IMG/VR virus record: IMGVR_UViG_3300022752_000055
Span: 1 to 64,000 of that record
DNA from: a virus
DNA: 64,000 nt
Strand: one strand, 5' to 3'
In this document: positions 1 to 9,824 of the stretch, one piece after another
Numbering within the stretch: position 1 is the first letter of the stretch
How the letters are laid out: each line of letters opens with the position of its first letter
Made by a program: the position numbers and the translations under genes
The notes under the pieces: generated by a model
Told to the model about the DNA's origin: nothing
Databases searched by the model: none
The model's input: the letters and a program-made list of their open reading frames with translations, nothing else

Positions 1-131
1 TATTTTAATCCATTGTTAAATTCAACCACCAAAAACTTTGTTTCAGTGTCAAATTCTGTCCTTTTTATGTTTGAGGATTCAATTTCATTAATAATCTTCG
101 TCCCTTCTATCATCTCTCTCTTTACTGCCAT
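1..131 (-). CDS. KTSC-domain protein (3' end runs off the window)
   Basis: Own translation MAVKREMIEGTKIINEIESSNIKRTEFDTETKFLVVEFNNGLK matches the KTSC pattern SSNI-x4-[YF]D-x5-L-x-VEF-x-NG. Confidence 0.8.
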   Translation of the reverse strand, partial: MAVKREMIEGTKIINEIESSNIKRTEFDTETKFLVVEFNNGLK

Positions 132-423
132 CTTTTAATGGTGTTAATTCGTTTATTATTTTTAATTTGTTGGTAATATATTCATTAAATTCTTCGGTTG
201 TGATATCAAAATAAGAATTTAATTCGCTAAATAAAGAATTTTTTTCATTTTGAAATTTACGATGTAATTCCATCATATCATTAGTATAGAATGGGGGTTT
301 TTCTAAATCTTTTTCACTCCATTCGTATTTTTGAAATAGTTCTCTCAATTCTTTATATGCCGAAAGAAGTTCTTTATCAAAATGACTATATTTTAAAAAT
401 TTTTCAAATGGTTTTAATTTCAT
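88..423 (-). CDS. hypothetical protein
   Basis: 111-aa ORF; GATATTTATA motif just upstream on the coding strand. Confidence 0.7.
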   Translation of the reverse strand: MKLKPFEKFLKYSHFDKELLSAYKELRELFQKYEWSEKDLEKPPFYTNDMMELHRKFQNEKNSLFSELNSYFDITTEEFNEYITNKLKIINELTPLKDGSKERDDRRDEDY

Positions 424-438
424 AATATATAAATATCT

Positions 439-470
439 AAAAACCCCTCTTTTTAGGGAGGGGTTAATTT
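439..470. terminator. intrinsic terminator after hsp20
   Basis: A5-CCCCTC...GAGGGG-TT hairpin. Confidence 0.75.
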
Positions 471-857
471 TTACAACAAACTTATTCTTTTTTTCTTATC
501 CGTTTTCTTGTAGTTTGCAACAAAGACTGTAAGTATACCATCTTCAATTGTTGCTTCAATGTTGTCAGGGTTATAATCTTGTCCGATTTTGAATTTTTGT
601 GAAATAACTCTCTCTGAGTCTTCACCATTTAATTTGTATGTTCTTTTACCATCTATGTAAAGAACTCCCCCTTCCATTTCTACCTTTAAATTTGACTTAT
701 TAAAACCGGGTACATCAAAAAATAAGTAGGCACCATCTTTGGTGTAGTTTACCTCGTAAGGTTCTTTATCTGAATTTTTTGCAACCATACTACTATACGT
801 AGGTTGTCCGAAAAATCCATCAAAAAATTTGTCAAAATGTGAATTTGTGTAAATCAT
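471..857 (-). CDS. hsp20: small heat shock protein (Hsp20/alpha-crystallin)
   Basis: DVPGFNKSNLKV, IEATIEDGILTV and a C-terminal I-x-L motif. Confidence 0.92.
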   Translation of the reverse strand: MIYTNSHFDKFFDGFFGQPTYSSMVAKNSDKEPYEVNYTKDGAYLFFDVPGFNKSNLKVEMEGGVLYIDGKRTYKLNGEDSERVISQKFKIGQDYNPDNIEATIEDGILTVFVANYKKTDKKKRISLL

Positions 858-903
858 AGTTTTTTGTTTTGTTTTTTAAATTTATTTATTTATCTTTGTT
901 TTG

Positions 904-918
904 TCAAGTTATGTGCCA
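904..918 (-). promoter_or_regulatory. sigma54-type -24/-12 promoter for hsp20
   Basis: Minus strand reads TGGCAC-ATAAC-TTGA, about 50 nt upstream of the hsp20 ATG; TGACA repeats lie upstream at 932-974. Confidence 0.6.
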
Positions 919-1026
919 ACAAAACATATTATGACAAAATGACATACATAGAAAATTTTCAGGACAATTTGACAAAAAATTTGGTAATGTCCTAAATTTG
1001 ATGAATTTTTGTAAAAATTATAAATT

Positions 1027-3087
1027 ATGAATGAATTAATGGATGATGATGACAAAATGATGAATAAGAAAAAAACTTCATCAGATAGTGATACACCAGT
1101 ATTAGACAATTTCAGTAGGGATTTAATTAAACTTGCTGAAAAGGGTAAATTAGACCCGGTTATTGGTAGAGAAAAAGAAATTCTACGTATCGCACAGATT
1201 TTATCTCGTAGAAAGAAAAACAACCCAATTATTATTGGTGACCCGGGTTGTGGTAAGACCGCAATTGTTGAGGGATTGGCAATTAAAATTGTTAATGGTG
1301 ATTGTCCAAAAAACTTGGTAGATAAGAGGATTGTTGAACTTGATTTGACTTCAGTTGTTGCCGGAACAAAATACAGAGGACAATTTGAAGAAAGATTAAA
1401 GGTTATTATGGAAGAACTCCGAAGTAATCCAAACATTATTGTCTTTATTGACGAAATTCACACCTTGGTTGGTTCAGGAAACTCTTCAGGCTCAATGGAT
1501 GGTTCCAACATCTTTAAACCCGCCCTTGCTCGTGGAGAATTGCAATGTATTGGTGCGACAACCCTAAATGAGTTCAGAAAGAATATTGAAAAGGATGGGG
1601 CGTTAGAACGCAGATTCCAAAAAGTTATTGTTGAACCATCTTCTGTTTCAGAAACAATCACAATCCTTAAAAGTGCTCGTGAAAAATATGAAACATACCA
1701 TAAGGTAACCTATAGTGATGAAGTGATTGAAGCTTGTGTTAAACTTGCGGATAGATACATCACGGATAGAGGTTTTCCTGATAAAGCGTTTGACATTTTG
1801 GATGAAGTTGGGGCAAGAATGCAAACTGAACTAAAAGTTCCGGAAGAAATTGAGATATTGAAAAAGCAGGCAGCAGAATTAAAACAAATAAAGGTGGATG
1901 TTGTTAAAAGACAACAATACGAAAAAGCTGCAGAGTTAAGAGACAAGGAGAAAAAACTTATAGCCAAATTAGACGCCGAAAAGAAGAAGTTTGAAGAACA
2001 GATGCAAAAAGAAAAACAAAAAATATCTGTTGAAGATGTTTATTCTGTTGTATCAACAATGACAAACATTCCCGTAAGTAAAATGAACGTGGATGATAAT
2101 AAAGCGTTAATCAATCTTGATAAATCTTTGATTGATAAGGTTATAGGACAGAACAATGCGGTTATTAAGATTGCAAAATCAATTAAAAGAAACAGATTAG
2201 GTATCAAAGACCCAAATCGTCCAATCGGCTCATTCGTATTTCTTGGTTCAACCGGTGTTGGTAAGACATATCTCGCAAAACAACTTGCAAGAGAAATGTT
2301 TGGTAGTGAAGATTCACTTATCAGAGTTGATATGTCAGAATACCAAGAGAAACATAGTATATCAAAAATGTTAGGCACTACCGCTGGTTATGTTGGGTAT
2401 GATGATGGAGGATTTTTAACTGAAAAAGTAAAAAATAAACCATATTCTGTAATTTTATTTGACGAGGTTGAGAAGGCTCATAAAGACATATTCACAATAT
2501 TACTTCAAATTTTAGATGATGGGTATGTGACTGACGGACAAGGTAGAAAAATCAACTTCAAAAATACTTTAATCATTTTGACTTCAAATATCGGAGTTAA
2601 AAAATTACAGGACTTTGGAACAGGAATTGGTTTTAGCACAAATGCTTACAGCAATGAAGAAGCTAAAAAACAAATGTTAATGAAAGAAATGAAAAACTTT
2701 TTCTCTCCTGAATTTATCAATAGGATTGATGATACAATAGTATTCAACACATTAAATTCTGACGATATTAAAAAAATTACTAAAATTGAATTAGATAAGT
2801 TAATGGAAAGAATTAAAGGGATGAATTATACTTTCACATATGATGATAAATTGGTTGATTTAATACATAAAGTGGGGTATGATGAAACTTATGGAGCAAG
2901 ACCAATTAAAAGAGCAATTCAAGATAGGGTTGAGGATTACATCTCAGAAGAAATACTTAAAGGTATTGTTAAAGAAGGAGAATCTAGATTTATTGATGTT
3001 ATTGACGACCAATTAGTTTTGATTCAATCGCCCGAAGTAGAAGAGGAAACCAAGAAAAGAACAAGAAAAAAGAGAGGGGTTAATTAA
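1027..3087 (+). CDS. clpC: ClpC-type AAA+ unfoldase lacking the N-terminal Clp repeat domain
   Basis: Two AAA modules ([14 protein letters not shown]; [15 protein letters not shown]), UVR-like middle domain [14 protein letters not shown] ClpP-docking loop; the sequence starts just before NBD1. Confidence 0.93.
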   Translation: MNELMDDDDKMMNKKKTSSDSDTPVLDNFSRDLIKLAEKGKLDPVIGREKEILRIAQILSRRKKNNPIIIGDPGCGKTAIVEGLAIKIVNGDCPKNLVDKRIVELDLTSVVAGTKYRGQFEERLKVIMEELRSNPNIIVFIDEIHTLVGSGNSSGSMDGSNIFKPALARGELQCIGATTLNEFRKNIEKDGALERRFQKVIVEPSSVSETITILKSAREKYETYHKVTYSDEVIEACVKLADRYITDRGFPDKAFDILDEVGARMQTELKVPEEIEILKKQAAELKQIKVDVVKRQQYEKAAELRDKEKKLIAKLDAEKKKFEEQMQKEKQKISVEDVYSVVSTMTNIPVSKMNVDDNKALINLDKSLIDKVIGQNNAVIKIAKSIKRNRLGIKDPNRPIGSFVFLGSTGVGKTYLAKQLAREMFGSEDSLIRVDMSEYQEKHSISKMLGTTAGYVGYDDGGFLTEKVKNKPYSVILFDEVEKAHKDIFTILLQILDDGYVTDGQGRKINFKNTLIILTSNIGVKKLQDFGTGIGFSTNAYSNEEAKKQMLMKEMKNFFSPEFINRIDDTIVFNTLNSDDIKKITKIELDKLMERIKGMNYTFTYDDKLVDLIHKVGYDETYGARPIKRAIQDRVEDYISEEILKGIVKEGESRFIDVIDDQLVLIQSPEVEEETKKRTRKKRGVN

Positions 3088-4018
3088 TCCCTCTTTTTAT
3101 TTCTTCAATAATTTCATCATCAGTTAAAAAATAAGGTAATCTTATTAATTTAATACCTTCTAATTTACAAAAAATATTTTTTATCTCATCTCTCATTTTG
3201 GTTTTTTCGTATTCAATATCTCCACCAAAAAAATCAATAGATTTAAAATGTTGTATTCCGTCAAATTCAATACAAATATTTTTTTCCGGTATATAAAAAT
3301 CAAATCTTAAATTATTTTCATTTTTACATCCCAAAATAGATTTATTATAATCAAATTCAATATTATTTAATTTTAGGTAATCATAAATTTTTTTCTCCCC
3401 ATAACTAATTTTTTCTCTTTTATCAATACCTAACCAATCATTATAATCAACCCATCCTTTATTTTTATATGTTTTTTCAGGTTTTTTTGGAATGTCTGCA
3501 GGTATTTTATTTAAATCTAATCTCCTCCATTCTTTATACATTTTTAAATTTAAACTACGAGCCCATTTTCTGGCATCCTCAAAAGACATATATTGTTTTT
3601 GATTATCTTGTATTCTTCCTGTTCCTAAAAATTCACCCCAACCCTCCCATTCATTTTTATATGTGACATATGGATTATAAGGTATTTTAATATCATCATT
3701 AATAATATGTTTTATTTTTTTGGCAAAATCTGACTTACTAAATATTTTTTTTGATTTAATGATGATTTTACATTCATCGTAAGTGTAATATATATTATTT
3801 AATTTTTTCTTAAAAATTGGTTTATCTAAAAAACTAGACCAATTTATCCAAATATCTTTACCATAAAAAGTTACGGGATTTAATGGTGCTCTTTTTCCAT
3901 CGGACGAAATTAAATTTTTATAAATTTTAATATATTCATCCTTACTTTTTATAGATAACGAATTAACAAGTTTTTTTAATTCGCTATATTCATAAAATTT
4001 ATTTTTTATAACCGACAT
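3080..4018 (-). CDS. putative homing endonuclease: W-rich repeats plus a C-terminal PD-(D/E)XK/Vsr-like domain
   Basis: Three IP.NP...Y...W..W..FL repeats; FDFYIPEKNICIEFDGIQH nuclease motif. Confidence 0.75.
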   Translation of the reverse strand: MSVIKNKFYEYSELKKLVNSLSIKSKDEYIKIYKNLISSDGKRAPLNPVTFYGKDIWINWSSFLDKPIFKKKLNNIYYTYDECKIIIKSKKIFSKSDFAKKIKHIINDDIKIPYNPYVTYKNEWEGWGEFLGTGRIQDNQKQYMSFEDARKWARSLNLKMYKEWRRLDLNKIPADIPKKPEKTYKNKGWVDYNDWLGIDKREKISYGEKKIYDYLKLNNIEFDYNKSILGCKNENNLRFDFYIPEKNICIEFDGIQHFKSIDFFGGDIEYEKTKMRDEIKNIFCKLEGIKLIRLPYFLTDDEIIEEIKRGIN

Positions 4019-4093
4019 ATCCTGAATTATTATATATTATATAAATATCTACAAATATAGGATTTTTAGTGTAAAATAATTTTTTTTATAAAT

Positions 4094-4170
4094 AAAAAAA
4101 CCCCACCTTTAAAGTGGGGATTTAAATTAAAATACTGAATTGTGTTTGGGTTTTTTATCATTCCCTTTTT
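4094..4170. repeat. duplicate of the peptidase gene 3' end plus its terminator (copy of ~5430-5510)
   Basis: GTGGGGATTTAAATTAAAATAyTGAATTGTGTT-x2-GGTTTTTTAT is present at both sites. Confidence 0.8.
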
Positions 4171-4180
4171 TTATATTTAT

Positions 4181-4597
4181 TTAACCTCTATTTTGTGGTG
4201 GCCCGAATTTCATATTAAGATATGGTGTAATATCTTTGATTATCATATCATAAACTTTTTTTCCCTCAACACCAATTGTGTTGGTATTTTTCAAATTAAT
4301 TTTATATTCTTTCTGCACTAATGATTTACTATTTTTATTTACACCCCAACCCCATTCACCGGTAGTTGGTTTACAATTTATCCAAATACCATTTTGGTCA
4401 GTAACCTCACCTTTACTCAACGAAAGTACACCATACTTTTCCATCATTTTATCTTCTTTAAATCCTTTTGATGTTAATACATCTCTTAAAGCCGCAAATG
4501 TATGCCATTGTTTTCTTTCATCCGTATTTTGTTCGTTAACAACTCTTCTAACCAATCTTGTTAAATCAGATTCAGTTAATCTTACTATTCTTGCCAT
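4181..4597 (-). CDS. leader-bearing hypothetical protein (class A leader)
   Basis: Starts MARIVRLTESDLTRLVRRVVNEQ; start moved to 4597. Confidence 0.8.
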   Translation of the reverse strand: MARIVRLTESDLTRLVRRVVNEQNTDERKQWHTFAALRDVLTSKGFKEDKMMEKYGVLSLSKGEVTDQNGIWINCKPTTGEWGWGVNKNSKSLVQKEYKINLKNTNTIGVEGKKVYDMIIKDITPYLNMKFGPPQNRG

Positions 4598-4631
4598 AAT
4601 ATTAATTTTATAAATAAATATCACATAAAAT

Positions 4632-4665
4632 AAAAAAACCCCACCTTATTAGGAATGGGGTTTTT
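4632..4665. terminator. bidirectional intrinsic terminator
   Basis: A7-CCCCA...TGGGG-T5. Confidence 0.7.
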
Positions 4666-4682
4666 ATCGTTTTTTTTTTATT

Positions 4683-5396
4683 TTAAATTTTCTGTTTTGC
4701 CGAAATCACATTTTTTTTGTCTTTAACTTTTTGATAATCAGAATCACTAAGTTCGAAACAAACAATCCATCTTTTTTCAACAAAAACTTTTTCTTTTTCT
4801 TTTCTTTTATCGGGTGTGATATTCTTACGTACCACAAGGTCATCTTTGGCTTGTATAACGGATAAATCTGTTTTTGAACCTGAAACAACTAATTTAACAA
4901 ATTGTTCAGCATTAGCAGCTGAACTATTTTTTTCAGTTGCGGTACCTACAACAGGTTGTCCCACAGTAAATTTTACATTCGGGAATATATTCTTTACAAT
5001 ATCATAAAAATTATTTGCTCTTCTTTGTGCTAATCCTTTATTATCATATCCTCGACTTTGACCTACCGCGGATGCTCCACCAATAATTTTTATTGATATA
5101 GGGGTTCCTCCCATAGCAGAGTCCAAAGTAGCATTTGATATTGCCGTCATACCTTTTTTAAATTCGGTACTATTTGTATCAATTTTGTCTTCACCATTTT
5201 TAAATAAAGACCCATCCATTTTAATTGTTTGTGATTTTGTTCTTACATCTATTCCTCCAGGTCCGGGTGCACCTAAACCATCCCTCTCACCTCCAAAATA
5301 GTTTGGTTTATCAAACGGAGGTTTAGGTTGTTCGTTAATTACTCTTCTAACCAATCTATTTAAATCAGATTCAGTTAATCTTGTTATTCTTGCCAT
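4683..5396 (-). CDS. leader-bearing protein with an OmpA-like peptidoglycan-binding domain
   Basis: Class A leader; LFKNG...IKIIGGAS...NKGLAQRRANN resembles OmpA_C. Confidence 0.65.
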   Translation of the reverse strand: MARITRLTESDLNRLVRRVINEQPKPPFDKPNYFGGERDGLGAPGPGGIDVRTKSQTIKMDGSLFKNGEDKIDTNSTEFKKGMTAISNATLDSAMGGTPISIKIIGGASAVGQSRGYDNKGLAQRRANNFYDIVKNIFPNVKFTVGQPVVGTATEKNSSAANAEQFVKLVVSGSKTDLSVIQAKDDLVVRKNITPDKRKEKEKVFVEKRWIVCFELSDSDYQKVKDKKNVISAKQKI

Positions 5397-5465
5397 AATA
5401 TAATTTTATAAATAAATATCACATAATACAAAAAAACCCACCTTATTATAGAGTGGGGATTTAAA

Positions 5466-6305
5466 TTAAAATATTGAATTGTGTTGAGGTTTTTTATAAT
5501 CCTTTTTTTTGGTGTGTTTGACATAACCGAGGGATTCAATCATTTTTCGTCCCATATCAATTCCGTTAAACACGTCTTCAACCACAACATATTCATTTGC
5601 CGTATGGTAGTTGTAATAACCGATTGAGAAGTTAATACAAGAAAAATCAAATAGGTTTCTCAAAGCATAAACATCAGTGTATGGATGAATCATATACCTC
5701 ATATCTTCGTTATTCATACCTTCGGTTAATACTTTATCACATTTCTCAAAAAAGTCCGAATTTCGGTCAAATAATATGTTCCCATAACACTGCTCGGTAA
5801 TCATCCAATTCTCCGGAGCGTCAAATTGAATTCCGTATCCAACATTACTGAAAAACTCAGGGTCGGCCTTTCGTGAGCCGTGACAACCGGTTTCTTCCGA
5901 TACGAAGAATGCCGCCTTCAAATATGGTAATTCTTTTAAAAGTGTTAGACACGCAAATACACCACATTTATCATCACCTCCGATTCCGGTAGGTGCTCCT
6001 TCATTATTATACGCTTTAAGGGACAATTTAAGTTGTTCTTGTGCGTTTCTTAAGTTTTCCTCACGAACATTTATTGTGTCTATGTTGTGGACTGTATCTG
6101 TATGGGCGATTACACAGGGATAATAAAAATCTTCGGGAACTTCTTGTTCTTTTTTGGTTGCGTAAATATTATTGTAAATATCAATATGATATTCTATATT
6201 GTTCTCTAACAACCAGTTAGCAATATAAGCAACCATTCTTTCTTCTTGATAAGTTACGGTTGGGATGCTAAGAACTTCTTTTAATAAATCTATATCTTGT
6301 TTCAT
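5466..6305 (-). CDS. M20/M28-family zinc peptidase
   Basis: AHTDTV, GGDDKCG, SEETG and YHT metal-ligand motifs; TATCTTTG promoter at 6310-6317. Confidence 0.85.
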   Translation of the reverse strand: MKQDIDLLKEVLSIPTVTYQEERMVAYIANWLLENNIEYHIDIYNNIYATKKEQEVPEDFYYPCVIAHTDTVHNIDTINVREENLRNAQEQLKLSLKAYNNEGAPTGIGGDDKCGVFACLTLLKELPYLKAAFFVSEETGCHGSRKADPEFFSNVGYGIQFDAPENWMITEQCYGNILFDRNSDFFEKCDKVLTEGMNNEDMRYMIHPYTDVYALRNLFDFSCINFSIGYYNYHTANEYVVVEDVFNGIDMGRKMIESLGYVKHTKKKDYKKPQHNSIF

Positions 6306-6335
6306 AAAACAAAGATAGGTAAAAAATGTGAATAA

Positions 6336-7448
6336 TTAAAATCTTCTTAGTTTTTTTATTACGTTTTCTTGTAATTTAAATAATTCGGGGTGATTTAATA
6401 ACAATTTGAATCCTTCAATATCAACGCTCCTAAATGTTTCCTTAGCGTGCCAATCATATGGGTTGAGAGATAACTTAATTTTTAATTTTAATGTGTTTTT
6501 ATCGACTTCATCTATTCTAAAACTATAATTGGTATCTTTCGGTAATCTTTCCCACTTTTGTATACTATATCCCATATCAAATATTTGCTTATAAATCTGA
6601 CTAACTTTAGCAATATCGTCATCTTCCTCAAGTTTATCTATAATTCTATCAAGTTGTCTTTCAACATCTCTATTATACATAACATCATCAAAATTGTTGG
6701 AATCTCTAAATTCATATTGATTTTCGTGCCACCCACCAAGGTTATATCCTCTACCATCAGACTTTTCTGTTTCACAAATTCTCTCAAATAATTCCTCAAA
6801 ATTTAAATCGGTATCTTGAACTAGCAAATACCACATTATAAGATTTGCGGGGGTTGATTTAATCATATCAAAATCCCGGTATAATTCAAAACCAATCTTA
6901 TTTAAAAACGTATTTAATTCTTCTTTAATTGAGTCCTTTGCGGTTATTCTAATTTCTTCATTCAAGTATGTATGATACTCGCTAACTATATTACTCGCCT
7001 CAGTATTAAAAAGTTCATCTATTGTTCTTGCCAAAATAGAACTCTCAGATTCTTCATTTAAATTAGTTTCTTTACCAAGAACCATTAACGATATCTCTTG
7101 GAGTTTCTTCATATTCTCTTCATTAAAGCTATAAAAAACTGAACCATACCCCTGCGTAAAATCATCGTATATACTTTCATAACTTTCTATATCAATATTA
7201 CTGTTTGAACTAATAGCCATTCTTGCAAACCATGCATCATCATCATCTAACCCCAATAATTCAAATAACTTTTCATCATCCGCAAATTCAAATGTGATTT
7301 CCGATTGTGCCCGATTACTTGCACGAGAAATTCTATATATGTCTTTATCGTAACGCTCAAGGGAATCTTCATTAAATTTACCTCTTGAATACATCCTTAA
7401 AGCTTTGTAAAATGTTAAATCGTCTTCTTCTTCTAATATAAATCTCAC
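6336..7448 (-). CDS. acidic hypothetical protein (GTG start)
   Basis: 370-aa ORF; TATTTATA upstream. Confidence 0.75.
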   Translation of the reverse strand: MRFILEEEDDLTFYKALRMYSRGKFNEDSLERYDKDIYRISRASNRAQSEITFEFADDEKLFELLGLDDDDAWFARMAISSNSNIDIESYESIYDDFTQGYGSVFYSFNEENMKKLQEISLMVLGKETNLNEESESSILARTIDELFNTEASNIVSEYHTYLNEEIRITAKDSIKEELNTFLNKIGFELYRDFDMIKSTPANLIMWYLLVQDTDLNFEELFERICETEKSDGRGYNLGGWHENQYEFRDSNNFDDVMYNRDVERQLDRIIDKLEEDDDIAKVSQIYKQIFDMGYSIQKWERLPKDTNYSFRIDEVDKNTLKLKIKLSLNPYDWHAKETFRSVDIEGFKLLLNHPELFKLQENVIKKLRRF

Positions 7449-7527
7449 AGAATTTTATTTATAAATATTCCTTTGTTTTGAATGTTGGATATTTATTCTT
7501 ACATTTGTATAAGTTATTTGAAATTAT

Positions 7528-7929
7528 GGGGTAGGTATAGGCATTTGATTTCAGACATCAAGGGTAAGTGGCACGTAGGAGCAGGATTAACTCCTTATAA
7601 TATGATTCAAACTTTAAATGGCAAAACCATTTCTAAACTTTCTACTCTTGGTCTTATCAGAGAAGAAAGTGTTGTAGCTGCTTAATTAGTAGAGTACGAC
7701 ATTCGGGCCGGTGCACATACGCCTAGGAACAGAAGTGCTCACAGTGTAACACCACTGTAGAGTGTTGGAGCACATCAGACGGCTCTTGAAAATCCGGTTT
7801 GGGGATTTTTGGAAGTGATTATCTTAATCTGTAACTTCCTATTTGTCAGTTGAGAACTAATTGAATAAACGTGTAGTCACTTATTTTTGAGTAGGAAAGA
7901 CCACGGTTCGAATCCGTGCTACTCCACCA
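7528..7929 (+). ncRNA. ssrA: tmRNA
   Basis: 5' GGGGTAG pairs with 3' CTACTCC-ACCA including G3:U; T-arm CACGG-TTCGAAT-CCGTG; internal tag ORF ending in AA-stop; TACATTTG promoter at 7500-7507. Confidence 0.95.
7620..7685 (+). other. tmRNA tag reading frame (A)GKTISKLSTLGLIREESVVAA
   Basis: TAAAT precedes the GGC resume codon; frame ends GCT GCT TAA. The resume point is inferred. Confidence 0.75.
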
Positions 7930-7933
7930 TACT

Positions 7934-7961
7934 AATCCCTCTTTAACCGGAGGGGTTTTTT
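7934..7961 (+). terminator. terminator after tmRNA
   Basis: TCCCTC...GAGGGG-T6. Confidence 0.8.
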
Positions 7962-7994
7962 ATTTTATGGTATATTTATTATTAAAAATATTTT

Positions 7995-8285
7995 ATGGCA
8001 AAAATTATAAGATTAACTGAAGCTGATTTAACAAGACTTGTTAGAAGAGTTATGAATGAACAAGAAAAAGGAAAAGTTGTACCATGTTCTAAAATTGGAG
8101 TTAAGACAAATGGATATTGTGATTCAATTACTCGAGAAGTTTTATTTGTACAATGTTCGGATTTAGGAGTTAAGACACCAGGGTATTGTGAGCATAAAAC
8201 AAAAAAACCCGTTGTTCAGTGTAGTAAAATTGGTGTTAAACACCCTGGTATTTGTTATAGGGATAATGGTAAAATTTGTAGGTAA
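7995..8285 (+). CDS. leader-bearing small Cys-repeat protein
   Basis: Class A leader, then three CS(K/D)(I/L)GVKxxG(Y/I)C repeats. Confidence 0.8.
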   Translation: MAKIIRLTEADLTRLVRRVMNEQEKGKVVPCSKIGVKTNGYCDSITREVLFVQCSDLGVKTPGYCEHKTKKPVVQCSKIGVKHPGICYRDNGKICR

Positions 8286-8359
8286 TAAAATATTTATAAA
8301 TAATAATACGCCCCACTATTTTATAGTGGGGGTTTTCATTTTATGGTATATTTATCATT

Positions 8360-9823
8360 ATGAAAATTTCTGAATTTTTCCTATCTGAGGGTAGAAAAGA
8401 AGACATATTAAAAAAATATATGGAGGATTTTGATATCCAAGTTTTAGATAGAGTATTAAATGACCCCTTTACAAAATCAAGTAATTACAAATACGCCGAT
8501 TGGATACTAAAGAAATTAGAATTCAACTCACTTCCGTTGGCGATGGAAGTATTGGAATTGGTTAAACAATTTGACCGAGTTGGTAAAAACTTGGAAATTA
8601 AAGATATTAACCAATATCCTGATGTCGTAGAATTGAGAGCGGCGATAGAAGATTATAGTTCAAAGTCTCAAGAAAAAAAGGTTGACTCTGAAGCAAAAAA
8701 AATATATGAAGATGGTAGAATTCTTATTGTAAAACCATTGTCTCATAAGGCGTCTTGCAAATATGGTGCGGGAACCAAATGGTGTACGACACAATCTTCA
8801 CCAGGATATTACGAAAAATATACCACGGGTAACCAAGGACTTTATTATATCATAATGAAAGATTTTGATATAAAAAATAAGTTTTATAAAATTGCATTAC
8901 ATAAAGGAAATTATAATGTGGATACTTGGTATGATGCAGAAGATACTGTAATGCCACCAAGAGAAGTTGAGATATTAAAAGTGTTATTGGGTAAAAAAGC
9001 CTCTAATTTAATTGAAAATGATTTTAAAGAGAATAAAAATCAAGAATTAAAAGAATTTTTTAATATAAAGAATAATAATAGGATAGAGGTAATTAATAAT
9101 CTTTTTAATTCAAAAAAACCATTAACTTTTGAATTTAGAAACCCTCAAATAATTAGTGACAGTGAGGGATTGGCGGAAATGGATTTAATTGTTTATTTAG
9201 GTCAGGTAAATAATGATGATAGAATAGAACAAGGGATTTTGATGATTGAGTATAAAAAACAAGCAGATAACTCATATTTTTTTGACATTAGTTATGAACC
9301 GAGTGAAGGATTCACTCCTCCTGTTGAACTTAATAGTTTGTTTCATATGGGTATTAGTTTAACATTAATACTATCGGATACCTCTTCCAGAGGATTCAAA
9401 TACTTTTGTGATTTATTAAGTTCTCAAATTTGGAGAAGACTTTATAGAGATAAAAACCTAGAAAAATTTGTTTTGGGTGATAAAAAAGGTTGGAAACCAA
9501 ATAGAAGTAGTTATGGTTTTACATTTGAAAGAAAGGGTGGTTTAATTAATAAATTAGTTGATTATTTAGACAGCGGAAAAGAAGGAAGTGCAATGGATTT
9601 CTTGGAAGACTCCAAAATTGTTAGAATTATGACAAATCCTGATGGAACAAAAAAATATATTGGAAAAAATGGATATATTGAACCAAAAGGATATTTTAGT
9701 TCATTTTTTACATCTGCAAGAAACGCCGGAATATTAAGTTCTGAGAGAAAAAATAAAAAAAATATCTTAACAAAAGGCCCTAACTTTGATGATTTCAAAA
9801 AAGGAAATTTAGTCGCGATTTAA
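8360..9823 (+). CDS. hypothetical protein with a YGxxTKWC domain
   Basis: VKPLSHKASCKYGAGTKWCTT; the domain is shared with 24296-25372. Confidence 0.8.
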   Translation: MKISEFFLSEGRKEDILKKYMEDFDIQVLDRVLNDPFTKSSNYKYADWILKKLEFNSLPLAMEVLELVKQFDRVGKNLEIKDINQYPDVVELRAAIEDYSSKSQEKKVDSEAKKIYEDGRILIVKPLSHKASCKYGAGTKWCTTQSSPGYYEKYTTGNQGLYYIIMKDFDIKNKFYKIALHKGNYNVDTWYDAEDTVMPPREVEILKVLLGKKASNLIENDFKENKNQELKEFFNIKNNNRIEVINNLFNSKKPLTFEFRNPQIISDSEGLAEMDLIVYLGQVNNDDRIEQGILMIEYKKQADNSYFFDISYEPSEGFTPPVELNSLFHMGISLTLILSDTSSRGFKYFCDLLSSQIWRRLYRDKNLEKFVLGDKKGWKPNRSSYGFTFERKGGLINKLVDYLDSGKEGSAMDFLEDSKIVRIMTNPDGTKKYIGKNGYIEPKGYFSSFFTSARNAGILSSERKNKKNILTKGPNFDDFKKGNLVAI

Positions 9824-9824
9824 T

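Noticed and set aside
424-440. T4 late promoter TATAAATA
   Set aside because: The string occurs, but relative to the downstream genes it is consistently in reverse orientation (TATTTATA on the coding strand), so it is treated as a different motif.
858-1026. CIRCE or CtsR operator between the heat-shock genes
   Set aside because: No TTAGCACTC-N9-GAGTGCTAA and no correctly spaced GTCAAA direct repeat is present.
909-2378. Antisense ORFs inside clpC and other long genes (e.g. 15274-15936, 16624-17040, 17438-17851, 41282-41626)
   Set aside because: These are shadow frames of well-supported genes, with no motifs or promoters.
7482-7685. 67-aa ORF in the track
   Set aside because: It overlaps the tmRNA; only the tag portion is meaningful.
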